Of a DNA stretch of 64,000 bases, positions 34,658-46,802 are shown piece after piece. The DNA is from the human T2T-CHM13v2.0 reference genome, Homo sapiens. Under the pieces are notes generated by a model. It was not told where the DNA came from, searched no databases, and was given only the letters and a program-made list of their open reading frames with translations. Both the position numbers and the translations under genes were made by a program. Within the stretch, counting starts at the first letter, position 1; the number at the start of each line of letters is the position of its first letter. Location of the stretch: NCBI RefSeq assembly GCF_009914755.1, contig NC_060925.1. One strand, written 5' to 3'.

Positions 34658-34729
34658 TATGATGTTAGCTGGTTATTTTGCTCGTTAGTTGATGCAGTTT
34701 CTTCCTAGCAACCATGGTCTTTACAATTT

Positions 34730-35746
34730 GGCATGTTTTTGCAGTGGCTGCTACTGGTTGTTTCTTTCCATGTTTAGTGCTTCCTTCAGGAGCTCTTGTT
34801 GAGGCAGGCCTGGTGGTAACAAAATCTCTCAGCGTTTGCTTGTCTGTAAAGGATTTTATTTCTCCTTCACTTATGAAGCTTAGTTTGTCTGGATATGAAA
34901 TTCTGGGTTGAAAATTCTTTTCTTTAAGAATGTTGAGTATTTGCCCCCACTCTTTTCTAGCTTGTAGAGTTTCTGGAGAGAGATCCGCTGTTAGTCTGAT
35001 GGGCTTCCCTTTATGGGTAACCCGACCTTTCTCTCTGGCTGCCCTTAACATTTTTTCCTTTATTTCAACCTTGGTGAATCTGACAATTATGTGTCTTGCA
35101 GTTGCCCTTCTCGAGGAGTATCTTTGTGGTGTTCTCTGTATTTCCTGAATTTGAATGTTGGCCTGCCTTGCTAGGTTGGGGAAGTTCTCCTGGATAACAT
35201 CTTGAAGAGTGTTTTCCAACTTGGTTCCATTCTCCCTGTCACTTTCAGGTATACCAATCAAATGTAGATTTGGTCTTTTCACATAGTCCCATATTTCTTG
35301 GAGGCTTTGTTCATTTCTTTTTACTCTTTTTTCTCTAAACTTCTCTTCTTGCTTTATTTCATTAATTTGATCTTCAATCACTGATACTCTTTCTTCCACT
35401 CGATCAAATCAGCTATTGAAGCTTGTGCATGAAACAGATAGTTCTTGTGCCATGGTTTTCAGCTCCATCAGGTCATTTAAGGTCTTCTCTACACGTTTAT
35501 TCTAGTTAGCCATTCATCTCATCTTTTTTCAAGATTTTTAGCTTCCTTGTGATGGGTTCATACATCCTCCTTTAGCTCGGAGAAGTTTGTTATTACTGAC
35601 CTTCTGAAGCCTAGTTCTGTCAGTTCATCAAAGTCATTCTCCATCCAGCTTTGTTCCATTGCTGGCGAGGAGCTGTGATCCTTTGGAGAAGAAGAGGTGC
35701 TCTGGTTTTTAAATTTTTCAGCTTTTCTGCTCTGGTTTCTACCCAT
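34730..35746 (-). pseudogene. L1 ORF1p remnant (frameshifted)
   Basis: ORFs 35558..35746 (MGRNQSRKAE) and 34665..35399 (NEQSLQEIWDYVKRPNL...RHIIVRFTKVE) are in different pieces. Confidence 0.92.
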
Positions 35747-37152
35747 CTTTGTGGTTTTATCTACCTTTGGTCTTTGATGTTGGTGACCTACAGATGGGGT
35801 TTTGGTGTGGATGTCCTTTTTGTTGATGTTGATGCTATTCCTTTCTGTTTGTTAGTTTTCCTTCTAACAGTCAGGTCCCTCAGGTGCAGGTCTGTTGGAG
35901 TTTGCTGGAGGTACACTCCAGACCCTGTTTGCCTGGGTATCACCAGCGGAGGCTGCAGAACAGCACATATTGCTGCCTGATCCTTCCTCTGGAAGCTTTG
36001 TCCCAGACGGGCACCTGCCTATATGAGGTGTCAGTCAGCCCCTACTGGAAGGTCTCTCCCAGTTAGGCTACACAGGGTTCAGGGACCCACTTCAGGAGGC
36101 AGTCTGTCCATTCTCAGAGCTCAAACACCATGCTGGGAGAACCACTGCTCTCTTCAGAGCTGTCAGACAGGGACGTTTAAGTCTGCAGAAGTTTCTGCTG
36201 CCTTTTGTTCAGCTATGCCCTGCCCCCAGAGGTGGAATCTACAGAGGGAACAGGCCTTGCTGAGCTGCGGTGGGCCCCACCAAGTTTGAGCTTCCCCAGC
36301 TGGCTTTGTGTACCTACTCAAACCTCAGCAATGGCAGACGCCCTTCCCCCTCCCAGGCTGCTGCCTCAGAGGTCGATCTCAGACTGCTGCCCTAGCAGTG
36401 AGCAAGACTCTGTGGGTGTGGGTCCTGCCAAGCCAGGCATGGGATGTAATCTCCTGGTGTGCCATTTGCTAACACCATTGGAAAAGCGTAGTATTTGGTC
36501 AGGAGTGTCCTGATTTTCCAGGTACAGTCTGTCATGGCTTCCCTTGGCCAGGAAAGGGAAATCCCCTGACCCCTTGAGCTTCCCAGGTGAGGAGATGGCC
36601 CACCCTGTTTTTGTTCCTCTGAGGGCTGCACCCACTGTCCAACCAGTCCCAATGAGATGAACCAGGTGCCTCGGTTGGAAATGCAGAAATCACCCATCTT
36701 CTGCATTGATCACACTGGGAGCTGTAGACCAGAGCGATTTGGCCATCTTGGAACAGAATCCTGGAATTTTCAACATTTTTCATTTGGCTTATCTTTCCTT
36801 TGGTACTAAAAGAAGTTCAAAAGTCATGGTAATAATATGTTTTAAAAAATCTACAGGTGATTATTTACTGATGTTAATTAATGTTTATAATAAAACAAAG
36901 GAAAGAATACACATCAGTTCCTACAGTGTACTCTCATTTATGTGTGCATACATATATACATGTGCAAATGCATACACATCCAGAAGGTACTAGGCCAATG
37001 CACTTTGTTTAGTTTTGGCTTTGGTTTTTTTAAATAATTGCTTTTAAGGATATGGCATAAATAATAGTAATATTTCTAAAACTGAAATTTGTCTTTGACT
37101 AGGAAAAAAAATAAGGAACTCCCTTATAGGATACACAATGAATTATGATATC

Positions 37153-37482
37153 TTCTATGGTTTGAATGTTTTTATTCCCTCCAAAATTCATGTATTGGAA
37201 ACTTAATCATGAGGGTAACAGTGTTGGGAAATGGGACCTAAAGGGAGGTGTCTAGGTCATGAGGGCAGAGTGGATTCATGCTGTTATAAAAGGTGCTCCT
37301 GGGAGTGTGCTCTCTCTTGCACTTCCCCCTTCTGCCATGTGAGGAAGAAGGTCCAACACCAGATGCTGGTAACTTGATCTTGGATTTCTCAGCCTCTATA
37401 ACTGTAAGAAATAAATTTCTGTTCTCTATAAACTATCTAGTCTCTGGTACTCTAGTAAAGCAGCACAAAACAGACTAAAACA
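37153..37482 (+). mobile_element. MSTC/MSTD/MLT1A-like MaLR solo LTR
   Basis: ttctatggtttgaatg...ccctccaaaattcatgt...cagcacaaaacagactaaaaca. Confidence 0.8.
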
Positions 37483-37879
37483 TTATTGTCAAGAATTCAA
37501 TGGGTAATATCAGTGAAACTTTCTTACAACAGAATGAATCATGAGAAAAAGTGTAGTTGTTGATGATGTTCCCTTGAAGTATACCTTTCAGGATATACTG
37601 ATATTTAGTAAAAAATAGCTTTGGTTTTTTCACTTTAAAAGGAACAGAACTACCTCTCATTTGTATAATGTGAGTCTCCAAAAAATTGTTAGACAAGAAA
37701 AATTTAAAAATTCAATTATTTTCAGTTTAGCGAATGCTGTTGAGTACATGTTTTACGTGCTAGGGTCTAAAGGGAATAATAATAGAATAAGACTTTGTTT
37801 TTGTACAAGAACTTGTACAAGCCCTGGGTATTTTGGAGACTTAGATCAACTATTTTGTTTGAGACCCATAACTAATAAC

Positions 37880-38350
37880 CACTAACTTATAAAGCACTTA
37901 TAGGATGTCCAAACATTATCCTAAGCAGTCTATCTATTTAATTCTTATAAGAACTCCAGTGAAATAAATACTCTTATTAGCATTATTTTATATTTGGGTA
38001 ATCATTTTACATTGCACAATTGATGAAGCTACATTGATGTGTCATCACTCAAAGTTTAGTTCACATTAGGGCTCACTTGGTGTACATTCTATGGGTTTTG
38101 AAAAATGTATAATGCCAGGTATGTTAGTCCACTTTGTATTGCTATGAACGAATACCTGAGACTGGGTAATTTATAAAGATAAGAGGTTTATTTGGCTCAC
38201 TGTTCTAGAGGCTGTACAAGAAGGCACCAGCATCTTTATATTTGGGTAAAGCACAGAAAGTTAACTAATGTGCCCAAGGCAGCATAGCTATTAACTGGAA
38301 AACCAGGGACTAGATTCATGCTAGTCTAGCTCCAGAGTCTGTGTCCTTTA
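37880..38350 (-). mobile_element. MIR interrupted by a 233-bp templated insertion
   Basis: gcacagaaagttaactaatgtgcccaaggcagcatagcta continues the MIR after the insertion. Confidence 0.7.
37987..38249 (+). repeat. Local direct duplication of an L1MC/MST junction (source ~39435-39670), flanked by a 15-bp direct repeat
   Basis: Colinear alignment by eye at ~85% identity across the same L1-to-LTR junction; tttatatttgggtaa at 37987-38001 and 38235-38249. Confidence 0.88.
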
Positions 38351-38440
38351 GTCATGTGATATAGGCATGAGTATAGACACTGTGCTATACAACTTCATCC
38401 CGAAGGCTCTCCTCCTCTGTTATTCTACTTCCAGAATCCC

Positions 38441-38990
38441 TGTATTAGTCAGGGTTCTCTAAAGGGACAGAACTAACAGGATAGATGTACGTACGAAGGG
38501 GAGTTTATTAAGGAGTATTGGCTCACACGATCACAAAGTGAAGTCCCACAATAGGCCCTCTGCAAGCTGAGAGGCAAGGAAGCCAGTCTAAGTCTCAGAA
38601 CCTCGAAAGTAGCGAAGCCGACAGTGTAGCCTTCAGTCTGTGGCTGAAGGCTGGAAAGCTTCTGGCAAACAACTGGTGTAGATCCAAGAGTCCAAAAGCT
38701 GAAGAACTTGGAGTCCAATGTTCGAGGGCAGAAAACATCCAGCACAGGAGAAAGATGGAGGCCAGAAGACTCAGCCAGTGTAGTCCTTCCACATTCATCT
38801 GCCTGCTTTTATCCTATCCATGTTGGCAGCTGAATAGATGATGCCCACCCAGATTGAGGGTGGGTCTGCCTCTCCCAGTCCACTGAGTCAAATGTTAATC
38901 TCCTTTGGCAGCATCCTCACAGACACACCCAGGAACCATACTTTGTAATCTTCGGTCCAATCAAGTTGACACTTAATATTAACCATTACA
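38441..38990 (-). mobile_element. MLT2A2-like (HERV-L) solo LTR
   Basis: tgtattagtcagggttctct...attaaccattaca; 550 bp; perfect TSD atccc. Confidence 0.92.
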
Positions 38991-39299
38991 ATCCCCATTG
39001 TGGTAAACAAGTTCTAGCTTAAAAAAGCATTTTGAAGACTCATTTCCAAGGGTTTTTGTATTTTTATGAGTTTTATAATTATTTATTTTACTATGAATTT
39101 TTGTTAAAAAATCTTTTACAGTTTTGAGTTTGTCTTTGTGCTGGTGATTTATGTTTTACATTTTTCTTCCTTTCTGTTCTCATCCATCTTCACTATGTTT
39201 TTCTCATCCTCATGATTCCTTGTTTTTTTTAAAAAAATTGCCTTTTTAGTTATTATTCTTTATTTTTGTTCTTCTACGCTTTAAAGTTATTTGTATATC

Positions 39300-40960
39300 T
39301 TTTTATAAAGAGATGTTATTTTTAGAGCAGCTTTAGATTCCCTGCGATACTGAACAGAAGGTTGAAGTTTCATGTACCCCCTGCCCCCACATATGCATAA
39401 TCTACCCTATTATCAACCTCCCCCACCAGAATGGTACATTTGTTGCAATTGCTGAATCTACATTGATGCATCATCACCCAAAGTTTATAGTTTACATTGG
39501 GGCTCACTCTTGGTGTATATTCTATTGGTTTTGAAAAATGTGTAATGATAGGTTTGTTAGTCCATTTTGCATTGCTGTAAAGGAATATCTGAGACTGGTA
39601 ATTTATAAAGAAAAGAGGTCTATTTGGCTCACTGTTTTCAGGCTGTACAAGAAGCACAGCACCATCCTCTGCTTCTGGTCAGGACCTCAGGAAGATTTTA
39701 CTCATGGCAGAAGGCAAAGTGGGAGCTGGTGTGTCACATGGCAAGAGAGAGCAAGAGAGAAGGGAGCAAAAGAGGGAGGAGGAGGTGCCAGGTTCCTTTA
39801 AACAACCAACTCTTGTGTGAACTAATAGAGCAAGAACTCATTACCATGGGGAGGGCACCAAATCATTCATGAGGAATCCTCATGACCCAAACACCTCCCA
39901 CCAGACCCCACCTCCAACACTGGGGATCAAATTTCAACATGAGATTTGGAGGGGAAAAACATCCAAATCATATAAATAGGAATCCACAGCTATAGTATTA
40001 TACAGAGTAGTTTCAATGCTCTAAAAAATCATCCGGACTCCACCTAGTCATCCTTCTCTCCCCTCTAATCCTTGAAAAACCACTGATCCTTTTACTGTCT
40101 CTGTAGTTTTACCTTTTCCAGAATGTCATATATTTGGGATCTTATAATATATGGCCTCTTTCATTTAGTAATTGGCTTCTTTCATTTAGTAATGTATCTT
40201 TACATTTCACCCATGTCTTTTCATGGATTATAGCTCATTTCTTTTTTAACATCAAATAATATTCCATTGTTCCACGTACCACAGTTTATCTGTTCACCTA
40301 CTGAAGAACATTTTGGTTGCTTCCACTTTTTGGCAATTATGGATAAAGCTGCTATAAACAACCATGTGCAAGATTTTATGTGGGCATAAGTTTTCACATC
40401 TTTTCTTTGGGTGAACACCAAGAAGTATGATTGCTGGATCATATGGTAAGAGTATGTTTAGATTTGTAAGAAACTGCCAAACTGTCTTCAAAAGTGGCTA
40501 TACCACTTTGCATCTCCACCAGCAAGGAATGAGAGTTCCTGTTACTCCATATATTCTCGCCAGCATTTGGTGATGTCCATGTTCTGGGTTTTGACTTTTC
40601 TAATACATGTGTAGTGGTGCCTCATTGTTTTCATTTTCATTTCCCTGATGACATATGATATGAAGTATCTTTTTATAGCTTATTTGCAATCTATATATCT
40701 TTTTAGAGAGGTATCTGTTAAGGTCTTATCAAATCAGCTTGTTTTATTTTTATTCTTGAGTTTTAACAGTTCTTTGTATATTTTGTAAAACAGTTCCTGA
40801 TCAGATATATTTTCTCCAAGTCTGTGGCTTGTCTTCTCATTGTCTTGACAGTGTTTTTCACTGTCAAGTGAAAAACATTTTACATTTTAATGAAATCCAA
40901 ATTATCAATTCTTTCTTTCATGGATTGTGTCTCTTAGTATTGTATTCATGATATCATTTG
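39300..40960 (-). mobile_element. L1MC-type 3' UTR interrupted by an MST LTR
   Basis: ttttagagcagctttagatt...ccccaccagaatggtacatttg; decayed ORF2 C-terminus in ORFs 40221..40491. Confidence 0.82.
39553..39975 (-). mobile_element. MSTB-like solo LTR
   Basis: ttagtccattttgcattgct...catgagatttggagggg...atccaaatcatataa; TSD atagg. Confidence 0.88.
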
Positions 40961-41192
40961 TTTATCTATTCTGCTTAGGTCGTTTTGCCTTTTTTGCCTT
41001 TATTTTTAGGTTTTCTTTATGTGAAATGTTTATTTTAAATTTTGTTCATTTTAATAACTTAGAAGACTTTCATTTTCTGAAACTTTTATTTATTAGTATT
41101 ATTATTCCACTTTCTTAGTGTTTTTATTGTTTTGGAAATGATGGGAGTCTGAAGTTTGCTGTTTTTCTCTGGATCTCACCCTTGGAGATCAT

Positions 41193-41243
41193 ACACACAC
41201 ACAGACACACACACACACACACACAGACACACACACACACACA
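41193..41243. repeat. Interrupted (CA)n microsatellite
   Basis: Directly visible. Confidence 0.95.
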
Positions 41244-41506
41244 GCAGGCTGGTTAAAGAAGACCTGAGAAATGAATGTAGACATTCATTTCTCACTGGAG
41301 GAAGTCCTCAGGGACATCAAACTGGGTAGGGAGAGCTTTGTCTACAAACATCTTCTCTCTCTGATGCTACTCTGAGAGGTGGATGGCCCTCTTGTTTTTA
41401 TTGCAGTGCAAGAGCTACACCAGCCTAACATCAGCAGGCTGTGGAGAACATGAGAGCAGCCCTGCACATTTCTGTGCTGAGCAGAAGACAGTAGGCATAG
41501 GGAGCC

Positions 41507-41928
41507 TGTATTAGTCTGCTCTTGCATTGCTATAAATAAATACTTGAGACTGGGTAATTTATAAAGAAAAGAGGTTTAATTAGCTCACAGTTCTGCAGGC
41601 TGTACAGGAAGCATGACACTGGTATCTGCTTGGCTTCTGAGGAGACCTCAGGAAACTTACAATCATGGTGGAAGGAGGACAAGTTGCAAGCACCTCAAAC
41701 GGTAGGAGCAGGAGCAAGAGACGTAGAGGAGGTGTTATACACTGTTAAATGACCAGATCTCCCAAGAACTCACTATCACGAGGATGATACCAACAGGGGG
41801 ATGGTGTTAAACCATTCATGAGAAACCTGCCCCCATGATCCAGTCACCTCCCACCAGGCCTCACCTCCAACACTGGGGATTAAAATTCAACATGAGATTT
41901 GGTGAGGACACAAATCCAAATCATATCA
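41507..41928 (-). mobile_element. MSTA-like solo LTR
   Basis: tgtattagtctg...atccaaatcatatca; TSD gagcc / cagcc. Confidence 0.9.
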
Positions 41929-42078
41929 CAGCCTAACTAGATCCAGAGCAGCTTCAATTTTGGCGGAAGGTGAGTCACATGGTTAGACTTAAGTTTTTAT
42001 TCTTTTCAAACTGGATGTATAATTCTCCTAAAGCTGTATAAAGTCTTAAAACAAAAAATCCTAATAATCAGCCTCTTA

Positions 42079-42425
<347 letters not shown>

Positions 42426-42775
42426 GATGGTTCTGAATTCTGGAGTCTGGAGCCTGGACAGCAAAAAGAAATGAAGCTCTCTAGAAGACAATCTAGGTTT
42501 TTGTTTTGTTTTGTTTTATTGTGTAGGGGACAGAGGGGAGTGATGCATGGGTTCATTATCAGAGTTTGAGGCAATGTTGGACTATCATGTGTAATCCCTA
42601 GGAGGCAATATAATTTTGGAACTTTGAAGAGAAAGTGCCAGGCTGGTGGTACAAAGGAGGAGAGATGGAGGGTGGAGGTGAGAGGAAGAATAACTTTCCA
42701 CATGATAATAGGGAAAGAGAAAAAGAGCATGAGAGAAGACAGGTGAGAAAGCAGGATTCAAATCAAAGCCAGTGT

Positions 42776-43094
42776 TTTGTTGTTGTTGTTCTTTGTTTGT
42801 TTAAGAGACACAGTTTCACTCCACTGCCCAGGCTGGAGTGCAGTGCAGTGGCACAATCATAGCTTACTGTAACCTTGAACTCCTGGGCTCAATTGATCCT
42901 CCTGCCTCAGCCTCCCAAGTAGCTAGGACTACAGCTGCATGCCACCACACTCTGATAATTAAAATTTTTTTTTTTGTAGAGACAAGGTATTGCTATTTTG
43001 TCCAGGTTGGTCTCAAACTCCTGGCCTCAAGCAATCCACCCACCTTGGCCTCCCAAAGCACTAAGATTATACACATGAGCCACTGCGCCTGGCC
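42776..43094 (-). mobile_element. AluJ
   Basis: Full dimer; TSD cagtgttt. Confidence 0.92.
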
Positions 43095-44465
43095 CACAGT
43101 GTTTATTACAGAGAGAGACGCTGGCAGAAAGGAGACCACAGAACGTGCCCACACCAATTTACCTTTACATTTGTAATTTAGGAAATTCCGAGTGGAAATC
43201 ACTAGCTTAGAGGCAAAATTGATACCAATGGCTTGCAATGAGAGGGGATCATTTGAAGCAACCACTGTAGCGACTGCAATATAAACAAGAAATAAATCTA
43301 AGACAACCAAATGGAATGAGAGACAAAAGGATAAACAGGGAAGTTAAGTTAGATGGACAGAACAGCTTTGCAAGTATTGATAGCAGCAGTTGCCACCTCT
43401 CTCCACCCTTTGGATGTGTCTCATCTTTGGATCGCCTTCCCTGGCCCACCATCTGAGCTGATGAGATTTGACAGGTGGCTGGCTTCCAGTAGTTCTTTTC
43501 TCCTTTATGCCCTGTGATTTGAGTCAATACAGAAACTCTGACTCAATGATATCTTCAGTGGTAGGTACAATAATCACAACCTCTGCTGTCCTTCCTTCAG
43601 ACACTGCCTCTGCCACAATTCCTTTCCATCATGACTCCCCAACCCTTACTTCCAGCCATCCTAAACTTTCCTAGGATCTTCTAACATTTAGTCTTGACAG
43701 ATTCTGGAGAAACTTCATGAGTACCATTTTGAGAGATATTGTTATTTAGAATGACATAAAGAATGCTTTCCCAATGTCCAGATGGATTCCATAGCCATTA
43801 TCTCATTTGATCCACAAACTGGTGAAAAGAAGTAATTCTACTGCCCAGTCACAAAACTACTTAGCAACAGATCAGAACCTAGAAACACCAGGTATCCTAG
43901 TTGCTGGGTTTATACCTTTTGTTGTTGTTGTTCATATTTTTTTTATTGTTACCAAAAAGGACAGTTTGATTTAGAGGTACAGTAATAATGTTCTCCAGAT
44001 ATTGGTGCCCAGAGCCAATATTTAACATTTTTGAAAGAGTAAGCTTGATAGAAACTGCATGTTCTTACCCCAGTTGGAAAAATCAGATTCCCAGGAGTCT
44101 AACTGAGCATTGAGGTTCAGTACTTCAGAGCTGCTAAAAACAGCAATTACACAGGGCACAACACTGATTTGCATTCACACAGCTCTTCTTTCCTCTGGGA
44201 ACCTCAGAGCCTATAACAAATACTCACTTATCTATTTCCATGTTGAGACAATGCCCCCCTTTCAAGGCACCCAAAGCAGTTTGCATATATTAATCTACCC
44301 AGTAAACAATTACGGCATTAATGAGGGTTAAAAGAAGTTGAAGGAAATCTAGATTCCCAAACCTGCTCAAATTTAGGGGTCATCTGACCCTTTAATATGA
44401 GCAGACTCTCAAGCCAAATGTAGTTAGATTTTCATAAAAGGTGCTACTCGAGACAAGTTCATTAT

Positions 44466-44740
44466 CAGTGGGCTCAGTGGACCACCCCTGTTAACATTAC
44501 CTGGGTGAGCCAAATGTGGTGGCATGGGCCTGTAGTCCCGACTACTCTAGAGAATCATTTGAGCCCAGTACTTTGAGACCATCCTGGGCAACATAGTAAA
44601 AGCTCATCTCAGAAACAAAACATTATCTTGGGTGCTTAGTAAAAATGAGGGTTACTTGTCTCCACCTCAGAGCTACTGAATCAAAATCTCTGAGTGGCAG
44701 GAACCTGAAATCTGAATTTTAACGAGCTTCTTTGATTCTT
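44466..44740. mobile_element. MER5-type hAT-Charlie element containing a FLAM (~44507-44620)
   Basis: ctactgaatcaaaatctctgag...ctgaattttaac; FLAM TSD aacattacctgggtg / aacattatcttgggtg. Confidence 0.7.
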
Positions 44741-45012
44741 GTGTAACCATCGCCTGAATAGTGTACATTGTACCTCTTGGGTAATTTCTCATCCCTTAGC
44801 CCCCTTCCACCCTCCCACCTCCAATGCCTATGATTCTCCTCTCAAAGTCCCTGTGTACACATTATTTAGTTTCCACTTTAAGTGAGAAGATGCAGTATTT
44901 GAATGTTTCTGAGTTATTTTACTTAACATTATGTCCTCCAGTTCCATCCATGTTGTTGCAAAAGATATGATTTCATTCTTTTTTATGGCTGAGTAGTATT
45001 CTATGGTATATA

Positions 45013-45355
45013 TATATATATATATAATATATCAGTAGTATTCTATGTATATTCTATGTAGTATTCTATGGTATATATATATATGTATATTATATATATG
45101 TATATTATATATATATATATATATCTCGGTAGTATTCTATGTCTATATACCATAGAATTCTACTCAGCCATAAAAAAGAATATATATATATACTTGAGCC
45201 TGGGAGTATATATATATTTATGTAAATCTTGTCTCTACCAAAAAATTTTAAAATCTGTCAGAGTGTGTTTGCATGCACCTGTAGTCCTAGCTGCTCGGGA
45301 GGCTGAGGCAGGAAGATCAACTGAGCCCAGGAGTTCAAAAGTTACAGTGAGTTAT
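45013..45355. other. Patchwork templated insertion at a (TA)n tract
   Basis: Repeated gtagtattctatg, a 38-bp inverted copy of the left flank and tailless Alu pieces, separated by TA runs. Confidence 0.8.
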
Positions 45356-46146
45356 ATGTATATGCCACATTTTCTTTATTCAATCATCGGTTGATGGACA
45401 CTTAAGTTGGCCTATATCTTTGCTATTGTGAATGGTGCTGTGATAAACATACAAGTGCAGGTTGTCTTTTTGATATAATGATTTATTTTCCTTTTGATAT
45501 ATAACCAGTAGAGAAATTGCTGAATCAAATGGCAGCTCTATTTTAGTTCTTTTAGAAATCTTCATACTGTTTTCCATAGGGTTTATACTAATTTACATTC
45601 CTATCAATAGTGGATAAGCATTCCTCTTTCTCTGCATCCTTACCAACATCTGTTGTTTTTTTGCCTTTTTAATAATGGCCATTCTGATTGGTGTGAGATA
45701 ATATCTCATGGTGCTTTTAATTTGCATTTCTCTGATGATTAGCAATGTTGAGCATTTTTTCATATATTTGTTGGTCATTTATATGTCTTCTCTTAAGAAG
45801 TGTCTGTTCACATCTTTTGCTCACTTTTTAATGGGATTATTTGTTTTTTGTTGTTGAATTATTTGAGTTTCTTATAGATTCTGGATATTAGTCCTTTGCC
45901 AGATACATCATTTACATATATTTTCTCCCATGCCATAGGTTATCTGTTTACTCTGTTACTTCCTTTGCTGTACAGAAGCTCTTTAGTTTCATTAAGTCCC
46001 ATTTGTCTATTTTTGTTTTTGTTGAATTTGTTTTTTAGTTTTTAGGTCTTAGTGATAAATTCTTTGCCTAGGCCAATGTTTTTCCTAGGTTTTATTTTCC
46101 TAGGTTTTATTCTAGAATTTTTATTGTTTTTACTCTTACATTTAAG

Positions 46147-46455
46147 TTTTTTTGCTTTGTTTTGTTTTTTTAAGATGGAGTCTTACTGTGCCACCAAGTC
46201 ACCCAGACTGGAGTGCAGTGGTGTGACCTCAGCTCACTGCAGCCTCTGCCTCCCAGGCTCAAGTAATCCTCTCACCTCAGCCTCCCGAGTAGTTGAGACC
46301 GCAGGGCATCATGCCCAGCTAATTTTTGTATTTTTGGTAGAGTGAAGAATTCACCATATTGCTCAGGCTGGTCTCAAACTCCTGAGCTCAAGCAATCTGC
46401 CCACCTCAGCCTCTCAAAGTGCTGGGATTCCAGGCATGAGCCACTGTGCCCAGCC
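46147..46455 (-). mobile_element. AluJb-like
   Basis: Full dimer; TSD acatttaagt. Confidence 0.92.
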
Positions 46456-46700
46456 ACATTTAAGTCTTTAATCTATCTTGAGTTAATTTTTGTATATGGT
46501 GAGAGATAGAGGTCCAGTTTCATTCTACTGCATATGGCCATCCAGTTTTCTCAGGACCACTTATTAAATAGGGTGTCCTTTCTCCAGTGTATGTTTTTGC
46601 CTACTTTTCAAAGATCAGTTGTCTGTAGGTATGTGGCTTTAGGCTTTATTTCTGGGCTCTCTATTCTGTTTTATTGATCCATGTGTCTATTTTTACATCA

Positions 46701-46802
<102 letters not shown>

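Noticed and set aside
34665-35399. 244-aa ORF
   Set aside because: Frameshifted internal fragment of L1 ORF1p, not a host gene
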